64,000 bases of DNA from the human T2T-CHM13v2.0 reference genome, Homo sapiens, in NCBI RefSeq assembly GCF_009914755.1, contig NC_060937.1; one strand, given 5' to 3'. Position numbers and translations under genes: made by a program. A model generated the notes under the pieces. That model searched no databases and had not been told where the DNA came from. It was given only the letters and a program-made list of their open reading frames with translations. Numbering within the stretch: position 1 is the stretch's first letter; each line of letters starts with the position of its first letter. Positions 44,663 to 55,382 of the stretch are shown here, piece after piece.

Positions 44663-45190
44663 TGTTGGGAGACAATTGTCCATGAATCTCATGTTTCTAC
44701 ATGTCTAGGCATGAATAATCAATTGCTCCAGAGAGCTATCTTTTCAGGAATGTTTATATAAGCATGGAAACAGTGATTCACTGTGGAGCAAATTTATTTA
44801 TCTGAGAATAGTAAAGATAGAAGTATACCCTCCTCAGAGAGATTTGCTTATATTCCAGGGTAATAAAAATAGTTTCTTTCTGCACAGCAGAAGATGGCAG
44901 GCTTGCTTGCAGCCCTGTATAAGATCAGGGTTTCTTTCGTAGTCTCAGGGTTTTTGTGCTGTAATGCCCATCCACTGCATGTACAGGCAGCACCCAGTCC
45001 TTGTTGTGTTGTCTTGTTGGAACTGGGGCTCCAGGAACCTGCACCAAAATGTTTCTGATGCTATATCAATAAGCTGTCTAAATACATTTGGGCTCATTTT
45101 CTGCTTATTGGCCTAATCTATGGAATTGTGCAAACCAACCCAACCACTGCTACTGGGCTGCTGCTGCTCAGGAACTAATGGACCACTTGA
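44663..45190 (+). mobile_element. Old ERVL-type LTR (MER74/MER54-group-like)
   Basis: tgttgggagacaatt..ccatg start; gagcaaatttatt; aataa polyA region near 45068. Confidence 0.45.
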
Positions 45191-45696
45191 TAGTTGCTTG
45201 ATGCAGGTATAAATGCATTTGTTTTGTTTCCTAAAGTGCACTGAGAAACTCCCTTAGGGAAGGGACCAATCTTCTGTTTTCTTTGGATCCTCCAGCAAGC
45301 CCAACATCCAGTAGGCATTCAGTAATGTTTTGTTGCTCAAGGATACATCCTGTCCTGAAATTCTCTTCTTAATGGTGCACAAAGACTTGGAACTACTTTC
45401 TAAATTGCCATGGCTTCCCTCTGTGCACATGCCCGTGTTATCCGAGACTCTGGGATCTAAAGCTATCCTGGCCTTGTTAAGATTCAGAGTCAAGTTCCAC
45501 CTCAACAGTGTCCGCACAGAAAACAGGCTTATAGCATTTCAGCCTTGTGGCTAGAGGTAATTGGCCACACACTTAGCTCCCCAGGTTAGGGGCAGAGTTG
45601 GCAAGGCAGGGGGAGCTTTCCCTTCTGCTTGCTTGCTTCAGATAGCCACCAGTGCCCACAATGAAACCAATGCATTTTGTGGACATTTTTTCTCCT

Positions 45697-45882
45697 AGGT
45701 TGGCCAGATTCCACAAATAAAAATAGAGGACGTCCAGTTAAATTTGAATTCCAGATAAATATTGAATGCTTTTTTAGTATAAATATGTCCCAAATATTTA
45801 ATGGGCTATATTTACACTAAGTTTTGTTGTTGTCGTTGTTTATCTAAAATTTAAATTTAACTAGGTGTCCTTTATTTTACCA
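45697..45882. mobile_element. MER53 palindromic MITE
   Basis: gtccagttaaatttgaattccagataaa ... tttatctaaaatttaaatttaactaggtgtcc internal inverted repeats. Confidence 0.8.
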
Positions 45883-45984
45883 AGGAAGCTTATTCTCTGC
45901 CCTCTTTCCTCTAAAGCCCATTCCTCAACGGTGCCTCATCCTCAGATCTGGCCACTTCTCTAAACTCTCTCCTGTGATCATGGG

Positions 45985-46267
45985 TTTTTTGTTTGTTTGT
46001 TTGTTTGCTTGCTTGTTTTGAGACGGAGCCTCGCCCTATCATCCAGGCTGGAGTACAGTGGCACGATCTCGGCTCGCAGCAACCTCTGCCTCCAAGGTTC
46101 AAGTGATTCTCCTGCCTTAGCCTCCATGCCCAGCTAATTTTTGTATTTTTAGTAGAGACGGGATTTCACCATGTTGGCCAGGCTGGTCTTGAACTCCTGA
46201 CCTCAGGTTATCTGCCTGCTTCGGCTTCCCAAAGGGCTGAGATGACAGGTGTGAGCCATCGCGCCTG
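45985..46267 (-). mobile_element. AluS with an internal deletion
   Basis: cagcctcc joined directly to atgcccagctaattt (about 30 bp missing); TSD tgatcatgggttttt. Confidence 0.88.
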
Positions 46268-48570
46268 TCTATGATCATGGGTTTTTTATTCTTTTTTTCA
46301 ATAGAGCACCTTTCCTGGTTGGTGAAGGTGCAGAGCTGGATGTTTAGGAAATATAGCCTTTCAGGAGAACTTCCTTGAGTTTTGCTGATTGGCCTAGATT
46401 TTGTCACTGTTTGCAGGACCATGAGGTGGGTGGTGAGCTCGACTTGGAATGGCCTGGAAGCATTTCAATGTTTTGGGGTGGTTGCTTCTCTGTTTGTGTT
46501 TTATTTTTTAAATCTGTAATTCCCAGAGTTGTTTGCAAAGTCAGATCTAAAAATCAAGAAATGTCCACCTCCTGTGTACTCATGGAAGTTGATTTGGAAT
46601 CAAGGAAGAGGCAGAGGGAATGGAAGATTCAGTTACTTCCCAAATGGGTGGTAATCAAAGCCCCCAACTTTGATACTTAATATATACTTTTCCCACTGGC
46701 CCCCTTGCAGAGAGTGCACTGAGTCTATCTTGTCTACCTCTAGGCTAATAAGGAACTAGTTCAGGGATTTCCTTCTCCCTCACCCTGTAGGCAAGGCTTA
46801 CGTGGGGCTTAGCTCTCAGCTGCCAGAGAGAGAGGTCTGATAATTCACACTCCCCTTGGAGGGCCCTGAAATGGTGGCCCCCTGCTCAGGCAGCCAGGGG
46901 AGATTTGCAGGATGAATAAATGCCTCCCCAGGGATTTGCTAGGTAACTCCCTGTCAAGGCTGGGGGCAGAGATTTAAATATGAATTACCATCCCAACCAG
47001 GCAGGGATTTATAGAATGAGCCCCTTTTGTACTCACAGGAAGATTTACACAGCCACCTCATCAGCACCAAGCTGTGGGGACCGTGACTGTGTGACACTCA
47101 GCAGTGAGACTGCACCACATTGGCCTCACAGCCAGCTCCAGTCCGTCTGTCATGCTGATGAGGTCCTGTGTCTGGATCTGCTAGGACAACCTCCTCTTGC
47201 TCCTCTGTCCCCTCTGCTTTTCCCTCCTATGTCCAAATGACAGAAGTCTAGTGTTCCCTCTAGCACTGGTTGACAGGGACCTCCTACCTAATACTACTCT
47301 GCTATCTTCTCTGGACTCTATTTAAGATTTTCTTGCTTCTCCATCAGAATGTAACTGTGGCCGTTTCCAGTCACTTTGCTGCCTTCCTCTCTCTTGCAGA
47401 AGCACCAGCTCTCTTCTTCAGGTGACTTTACCTGCTTCTTTGTTCCTGGCGGCCACTTGTCTCACCAGACGCCTGGCTCTAAATTGAAGAACCTAAAGTT
47501 CAGCCAAACACCCCTAGCAGAATCTCTCAAGGGAGACTATTACAAATCAGAATGCTGGCCTCCACTTGGACCTCCTGAGTCAGAATCTCCAGTTCTGGGG
47601 CTTAGAAATCAAGTTTTCCAAGTAATTCTCAAGCACACTGACATTTGGGAACCAAAACCCTGGATCCCAGGGTTGGAGTTGGGCTGGATTTCTCTTCCCC
47701 TGGTTAGTTTCGGGAGGGCCACTTTCTCCCTTCTTTCAGGCAAATCTCTCTCTCCAGCACTCAGTAACCACGGTGCAGGTCTTTGAGTGTATTTTGCGGA
47801 AAGAGGTGCATATCTAAGACACTACTGGGGCGCAGAATGGTCCCAAGAAAGGACTTGGCCTGAATAGTGTGTTGCCTCATGAATATTCATGCTGGCCATG
47901 CGGTCAGTTTTGATCACTCAGATCAATTCAGGGCATTTGCTATAAGCCTTTGTGAGAGCAGGAAACAGGTCTTGGGAGTAAGGAGGCAGGGAAGAAGATT
48001 GAGGTTAAAGTGAATTGACAGGCAATAAGATTAGAACTCTGCTCAATCCTGATCTTGCCAGTAACTAACAGTGGCCTGAAATTAAAGAATTAAACCATGA
48101 AGGCTGCCTTGACAACTGATCTGATAGGCCCAGAAGTAAATTTCAGGGGCAGCGCTGTCAGGCAGAGGCAGGGGAGAGCAATGATAAGGGACACTGGGGT
48201 GCTTGGAGCGGGAGGGAAGCCCTGTCTCTTTCTTTACAATCCAGTGAGAGGCTTTGGTGTCTCATCTCAGGGCAGCACCGTACGCTGGAATAGTTCCGGG
48301 GGCAAGTTAGTTGCCAGGGCTTCAATTCACCTCTGGTAGCACTTTCTTCTTTACATTCAATTATGACTTTAAAATGGAGGCAGAAAAGAAGAGGGGAGGA
48401 AGATAATGAAGCATAAGTCAAATGTGGCAGCTGGCAACTTCCTGATAATTGCACTTTCCCTCTTAGCATTTCATTTCTATTCCTTCATGCCGCACAGTAG
48501 CCTGTGGAAGGAAAAGGAACCTGCCACAGAAACAACTCCAAAGGGTCGAAGGAAACAATATCAAATGCAA

Positions 48571-48576
48571 TTTAAT
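48571..48576 (-). terminator. Candidate distal polyadenylation signal ATTAAA
   Basis: Plus-strand tttaat; downstream on minus: TTGCATTTGATATTGTTTCCTTCGACCCTTTGGAGTTGTTTCTGTGG (U/GU-rich). Confidence 0.5.
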
Positions 48577-49965
48577 GACATTTTCTATGAGAGGGCAGAG
48601 ATGAAGTAGCAGTTTGAGTTTGTTCAAGTTATTGTCTTTAACATTATAAGAAAGCATAGAAAATTATATATACATTAATTCAGGGCAAGTAAAATGCTTC
48701 TCAATTTCCTTTCTCTTTCTTATCTCAATACCCTAAAAAAAAGACTGAAAAAGGTTGAGGAGTATTTATAGTATAGTAGCCAAGGTGAAATACTTTCAGA
48801 AAATATTGGAAAAGACAAATTCTAACCCAGGTAGTTCATGTGATGACCTGATTTGGGGGGAAATTAATGTTTATCTACACTAGATCTCTCAGATTTCTTG
48901 TCAGTGAAGTTTTTCTTCAGCTGGCTATTTTCCAGGTGAACACAATGGGGAACTCACCAATTCCTGAAGAAAATCTTATGAACAAAAAAATCTGAAATTT
49001 AACAATCTGACTAGGAGACGCCACTCATGATGCTATTTGCAGCTGAACCTCAATCAAAGTCTAACTCTTTGGGGTCCCACCCATGATCCCTTCCCCTTTC
49101 CCTTAGAAATGCATCCAAGTAGAAACTTCAGCAACCCTCACTTCTTCCATCCCTTCCACTGAAACCACTGGGATCAGAGTAACTGATGCACTATTGACCT
49201 TGAAGATTCTGCCTGCTTCAATGGACTTAGCTGGAAGTTTCCAGTGACTCTTGTCCTAGTGGAAACTGTGCCCCAGATTTAGAAAGAGTATTGGTCTGGG
49301 TAGGCTATGGATTGTGAACAGGGTCCTTACTGGGTTGCAAAAAAGTGAGGTAGCCAAGTAGGAAAGTAAGGCCCGGGGCCCTGTTCTTCATGTGACATTC
49401 CTTGGCTCATTATGTTTTCTGTCCCTCAGCTTCATGCTTTACGGGGGTCCCACTTTTGTGATAATGCATCTTATGTGGTGTTTGACACCACTGCTTGCTG
49501 TGTCTCTTGAATGGTAGATATTTCCAATTTCTAATTTCAAAGTAAAACATTTCTTTAGGTTTTGGCCAGCATGTAAGAAAGAGGTAGGGAGGGTGACCTG
49601 TAAGAACAAGTAACAGGAAATTTGAGCTTTATAGAGCTGGTTTTGCTTTTTGGATTGGGATAGCCAATAGGCTGAGTTTGCGGAGCCCAATTTTTCCATG
49701 AAAGCCACCAAATAGAACTTTCCACACTAACAGCAATAGGGAAGTGTCCGGGGAGAAAGCAGAGGGTGCTCTGTGGCAGAAAATGCTCTTGAAGCTGCTT
49801 AAGCCTCAGAGTCTCTTCTCCAGAAGAGTTCGTGTTTCCCCAACAATTTGCTGTTCCGCTGGCTTGGCTGTCATTTATGCCCTTGTCAGTACGGCCTTCC
49901 AGGGCCTTGCTTCTCCTTCCAAAGTCCCCTCTCCCACCCTGCTGTGCTCATCAGCAATGTCTAGG

Positions 49966-50689
49966 CAGTGGTATTAAGTCAACCCTCTGTATCCACATGT
50001 TCCACACCTGTGGATTCCACCAACTGTGAATCAAGAATATTCAGGAAAAAAAAAAGAAATAATACAACAATAAGAAATAATGCAGTATAAAAACTATTGA
50101 CATAGCATTTACATTGTATTAGGTATTATAAGTACTCTAGAGATGATTTAAAGTATATGGGAGGATTGCGTAGGTTATATGCAAATACTATGCCGTTTTA
50201 TATAAGGGACTTGAGCATCTTCAGATTTTAGTGTCCATGAGATTCCTGGAACCAATCCCCCAAGGATACTGAGGGATGATTATACTGTTAAGTGCTTAAC
50301 AACTGGCTTTCTAGGGAGAAAAATCCCTGTCTAGTAGCATTTGCTAATTTCCATGGTATGAATACTTCCACCATGGCTAATTTCAAGCAATCACCATGAC
50401 GTCACTAAATGTGGAGCTGGAAGATGCGGTGCAGCACATTATTATATAGTATGTTCATCATACAGATGTGATAGATGTAAATAACCCCAGGAGCATAGAG
50501 AATAAAAAGAGTAGTGAAATAATTAGGAAGTGATGAGTTTTAAGTACTTTTGACCTTTGCTTTAAATATAATTTATTTAATTGTAAATGTATATCATTTT
50601 TAATACTGACTGTACTTAATTAACAATCAGCTTGCAAAATTCCTGAAAGATTAACAACCAGAATACAAGCAGCTCTAGTACTCCACTAG
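49966..50689. mobile_element. MER63-like hAT element with a Tigger3-type MITE (about 49975-50283) inserted near its left end
   Basis: Tigger3 motifs catagcatttacattgtattaggtattataagta and gggacttgagcatc; MER63 motifs taacaactggct, agcatttgctaatttccatgg and terminal cagtgg/ccact. Confidence 0.7.
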
Positions 50690-51573
50690 GTCTTGGGTTG
50701 AAAAAAGAGGGAGAAAAAGGGGAGCTAAAAGGCCATATTGAGTATGAAAGCACTAAAAGGCCTCTATGCCATTCACACTTTATGACTCGGTCCTTCTGAG
50801 CCTTGGGTCCATATGTTCATAGAAATGACATGGTTGCTGTTGGTCAGAAGCCATACGTGCCCGGTCCCAGGCCCAGCTCTGCCATTTGCTAGCTGGGTGA
50901 TCTTAAGCAAGTTGGCTAAATTCTCTTAGCTTACGTTTCCCACCCGTAACATGAGTACAATAAAGAGCACCTGCTTGCTAAGGTTGTTATGGGGATTACA
51001 TGATCTACTATATTCAAAGTACGCAGCCTACTGGATCATATAGAAAAGCCTCAATAAGTGGTAGCCATGAGTACTATTATGGTTACTATGCTGATCTATT
51101 CCTAAAATGTCCAGAGTAGCCACAGCTAGTGATGGGGTTTACCAGGTACAGATTCATGCAGATACCAATTGTTAAAGACAATCTTCGTGTGGCCTGACCT
51201 CCATTTCGGCGTCAACCATGTATGTAGGCTCAGCCTCAAGGGGAGGAATGCTCCTCTCTCCACACCTCCTGAAAAAAACCTCTGGCAGATGCCTGAAGTT
51301 CAGATACTGGTAACTCATTTTTCACTGTTAAGTGCGCTGTCTCTCTAGGCCTTCTTTTAAAAGGCAATTACTCCTTAGAGAGTGAGTCATTAACTCTAGC
51401 ACCTTGGTGTGAATGAGGCAACCAGATCCCAGCGTTCTGTGCAGGGACTCCTGGGACTCTAAGGTGAGAAACCTGGGTGTGGGCAAAGGGATTCAGAAAG
51501 GGCCTGGCGCACTGAAGCCTCCATCTGCAGCCCACCCACTTCCTGGGCCCCCTGCTTCCAGGTGGACTAGTGC

Positions 51574-51871
51574 TTTTTTTTTTTTCTAAAGAGATAGGGT
51601 CTCACTCTGTTGCCCAGGCTGGAGTTACAAGTGGTGCAATCACAGCTCACTGTGACCTCAACCTCCTGGGCTCAAGCCATCCCCCTGTCTTGGCCTCCGA
51701 GTAGTTAAGACTATAGGCTTGTGTCACCATGCCCAGCTGATTTTTTTTTTTTGTAGAAATGAAGTCTCGCTATATTGCCCAGGCTGGTCTCAAACTCCTG
51801 AGCTCAAGCAATCCTCCTTCCTTGGCCTCCCAAAGTCCTGGGATTATGGACGTGAGCCACCATCCCTGGCC
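51574..51871 (-). mobile_element. AluJ, sense to SIAH3, within the putative 3' UTR
   Basis: Full J-type Alu; TSD ctagt(g/t)ctt. Confidence 0.88.
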
Positions 51872-54682
51872 TAGTTCTTAAAGCAGAGATGCTTCTAAAA
51901 GCAAATCTACTCCAGTCTTTCTCTCCCTGCTCCCTCAACTATCCCAGGACAAAGACTCAGTTGATTCTCAGGTCCTCAGTCCACTGGTAAGCTGGCAAGA
52001 CTGCTGAATATTTCGGATCAGTCTTACTTCAAGAACACCAAGTTTGCAGTCAGTTGATCTGGGTTTTGGTTGTGGTCTAACCACTTGATGTGTGACCTTG
52101 AAAAGATCACTTCATGTCTTAGAACCTCTATTCTGTTAGTATATTGAGGATACTAATGAGGATTAACCTGAGACTCAAATCAAAGAGCCCTTCAGGAACT
52201 GTGAAGCTCAAATACAAACTGCTGGTACCATTTCCTATTCCCAATTCTTGGTTGTTAGTTTGCTCCTTCTTCTCCAGTTCTTCACATATGGATATGGAGA
52301 GGCCTTTTGGGGAGCACCATAGATGGAAGATAATAATACATTTCCCATGCTTTGTCCTAAAGCTTTCTAGGAACAAAAATATAAGCTCCCATCTGGGATC
52401 ACTTATTCATAATACAGTCTTGTGTGCAGTGAAAATAACCTGAAGTCATTCCCAGTGTGGCTCATGTAACTTGGCACAACCAGAAGGCAAAGGTGATGTC
52501 TGCAGGAGCCCTAAGGCCCTGTGAATGTTAGTTATATTCTTAGTGAGGTTTTTGTTTGTTGATCTGGAGCACCTGTGATGCTACACAAATGCTTTCAAAG
52601 TGGTTGAGTCTCAAAAACCAGGAGAGGACCTGTGGCTTCTAAAGGCATAAGACTTACAGCCAAGGGGGTCTTAGGTTCTGGGAAGGGGATTGGGGATGCA
52701 GTGAGGAGGAAGACAGCCAGTCTTTCCACGCACAGACGGACCAGCCTCAGGTGTTCTTGGGCATCTGTGTGATTGGAGGAGGGTGGCTGGTGCCCTGGCA
52801 GGGCATCTGAGAGCTCAAAGAATGCGCAGGCCCCAATCCTTTTTTGCGACTGCAGCATCTGACATGTGCCTCCATCTGTGGCAATGTTTTTTGCCCCTCT
52901 CAGGGCTCTGACGGAATGCAGTCTCAGCCCCAGGGGCCCAGCGATTACTGTGTGACCAGAGCAGCCTCTGTTATTAAATCTTGTATCGACTGGCACCTCC
53001 CTTCTGGTGCGTGGGGGTGTAAGTTGGCACCAAAAGTGGCTGGAGAATTAACCCAGTTGTTGGGGGAAGGGTGTTGTGTTTCAGGATCAGTTATTTTTGG
53101 TGGAGAAAAAATTGCAGATGGCCAGCCAGGGCAACCTGCCTGAGACTAAGTAGTCACTTGGATGCCTGCCAGGACCAAGCCGAGGGGGTGAGGTGCAGGA
53201 ACAGGGCACGGAGAGTAATGTCTGGTTGGCCAAAGGCCCATTTGGCTGTCATGGGAATGTGCTGGGGATGGGGTGCCTGACTTCTGCAGTGTCTGGAGAG
53301 CAGCCAGAGGGGGGGGGACAAATGCGATAAAAAGGAGCTAGAAGAGGTCCTACTGGGAAGGCTTATAGGTGTCCAACTTAGAACAGAAAAGACAAAGTTG
53401 ACTAAACATGCTGACTTTCTTCAAATACACGAGAGACTTCTACAAGAAGATGTTGATGAATTGTTCTGACAACCAAATAAGAGAAAGCAGCCTGCGCAGA
53501 GGAAGTATGGATTTCCGTCACTGTGTCATTCATACTGCAACAGGTGCTGAATACATACTTGAGCCGTGGTCACGTCTGCGTGCTGAATGGGACGGTAGGA
53601 GCATTTTAGAAAGTGAGGAAAGGGAAGAGAGCCTCCCAGGTTTGTAAGTGATGACCAGCCCGCCAGGTCAGAGATCCTGGGTGCCACCCTCTGAGTTCTT
53701 TGCATTTGATGATGAGTCCTGGTTCTGCTTTTTGCATGATATGAAAGAACTGCACCCTAGGGAGGAACTGATGGATTTTATAACTTGATAATAAAACTCT
53801 CTGAGGAGGGAGTGCCCTCTCAGAGATGGGAGATTAATTTTATGTTCTCTTTTTCCTGTTGCTTTTCATCCCCACCCCCCATCTTGCCTATTCTTTTCTA
53901 CTACTTGCTCAACAGAAGGCAAAGGGGTTTTTAAGAAAGCATCAAAAATCTGAGGACTTTGATTCCAGAGCAGGAGAAGACGGCACAGCCTGGGAACAAG
54001 GTGACAAGAGCCCGTCACAGGAAGGTGGGCCTCTGACTACTCTCCTGAGCCCCAGCATCAACCTGAGCACTCAGCACACAATGACACCTCTAGCCCAGTC
54101 CCCTGCGGTGGAGACACGATCTCCTCATGCCCGGCTAGCTCAGCTTTGACCTTGAGGTTCCTGGGAAGCTGTCAGAGTCATGTCTGGATGGTCTGAAATG
54201 TGATCCATCTCTGAGCTGGGCCCCTTCCCCAACCTGCCGACTGCACACGTTCAGATTTAGCTTGCTCTGAAATAGACTGAAAAGAGAAAGAAGAAATGAT
54301 TCTCACACGAAGCCTCCTTTCAACCCCAACAGTCTGCTTGATGGTGTTTTGATCCTTTCAAAACTAGCGGAGAAAGGACTTGGAGGTGACAGGAAAAAAC
54401 TATTCTGAATAAATCTTACAAACATTCTATAAAACAACACCAACAAGGCAGGACAAACATCACACCAAGATCTTAAATTACAGGATGTTTACATAATATA
54501 ATGCCCATGGCAGACAAAAACTAAATCTCACAAAGTACCTGAGACAAAAAAATAATAATAATTAAAAATTAAAAAAAAAAAAAAGAAAGGAGAAGAATAA
54601 AAAGGAGTCTGGAGTCCTGGTATTGGGAGGTCCCAGGCGTTTCCTAGGGAGGCTGTGTGGGGAGCATCCGTGGCTCCTGGCC

Positions 54683-55357
54683 TCACATTTCAGCTTCTGA
54701 GGGGAGGACCTCTGTCGCGGTGATGGCAATCCCAATGGCAAGGCTGCCGTTGTCAGAGAAGAGCTGTGCCAGCGAGGTGTTGAGGACGAGGCAGTCCCCG
54801 TCCGTAATCACCGAGTCCACGCACTCAAGAACAGACCGGGGCGTGGCCTCCCACTTGAGGCGCCGATGGTTTCTGTTGAGCTCCAGGCGATAGGTGAAGC
54901 AGTCGGCCTGGGTGGGGGTCCCAATCAGCATCATGGTGGCAAAGAACTGGGGGTGCCCTTCATGCCTCTCCTGTTTCCTCAGCACCAACAGAAAGTGGTG
55001 GCCAAGGCAGGAGTGCATGATGATCCAATCAGCCGGCGCGGGGAGGTGCATGTCCGTGGCCAGGAAGACGATCTCGGCTCCCTGGAGGATGTCAACCCTA
55101 TGGATCTGCCGCAGGTGGGGCACCACCACCTCCAGGCGGCCTTCCCACTGGCAGGAGAACAAGGGACACATGCACAGGCAGGGCGTCACCGGGTTGGCGT
55201 GCAGCCCCGCCTCCTGGTGGTGAAGGTGGTGGGGGTGGGCGTGGTGGCGGAGGTGGTGGTGGTGGCGGTGGTGGCAGTGGTGGTGGGAGAGATGGTGAGG
55301 GTGGAAGCTGCCTTGCTCTGGAGCGCTCTGAGTGACGGCGCGCCGACTGGACACATA
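54683..55357 (-). CDS. SIAH3: SIAH3 final coding exon (224 aa + stop): His-rich tract, one SIAH-type Zn finger, SIAH substrate-binding domain; the N-terminal exon lies outside the window
   Basis: ORF 54683..55354 encodes CMCPLFSCQWEGRLEVVVPHLRQIH, LQGAEIVFLATD and FTYRLELNRNHRRLKWEATPRS, matching the SIAH1/2 Zn finger and SBD, preceded by a poly-His stretch and no RING. The track's GTG start is not the real start: a splice acceptor (minus strand ...ttctctttccttacag|TATGTGTCC) opens the exon at 55357. Confidence 0.96.
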   Translation of the reverse strand, partial: YVSSRRAVTQSAPEQGSFHPHHLSHHHCHHRHHHHLRHHAHPHHLHHQEAGLHANPVTPCLCMCPLFSCQWEGRLEVVVPHLRQIHRVDILQGAEIVFLATDMHLPAPADWIIMHSCLGHHFLLVLRKQERHEGHPQFFATMMLIGTPTQADCFTYRLELNRNHRRLKWEATPRSVLECVDSVITDGDCLVLNTSLAQLFSDNGSLAIGIAITATEVLPSEAEM

Positions 55358-55382
55358 CTGTAAGGAAAGAGAAGAACGTCAG
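55358..55382 (-). promoter_or_regulatory. SIAH3: 3' splice site of the SIAH3 intron: branch point, polypyrimidine tract and AG
   Basis: Minus strand reads CTGAC-GTTCTTCTCTTTCCTTAC-AG immediately before the exon; CTGAC at 55382-55378 and AG at 55359-55358. Confidence 0.9.

Larger units (their letters stand above)
48545..54682 (-). other. SIAH3: Probable long SIAH3 3' UTR (distal end uncertain)
   Basis: By visual scan there is no minus-strand AATAAA/ATTAAA for about 4 kb after the stop. Candidates are at 50572-50581 and at 48571-48576 (ATTAAA followed by a GU-rich tract). Confidence 0.55.
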
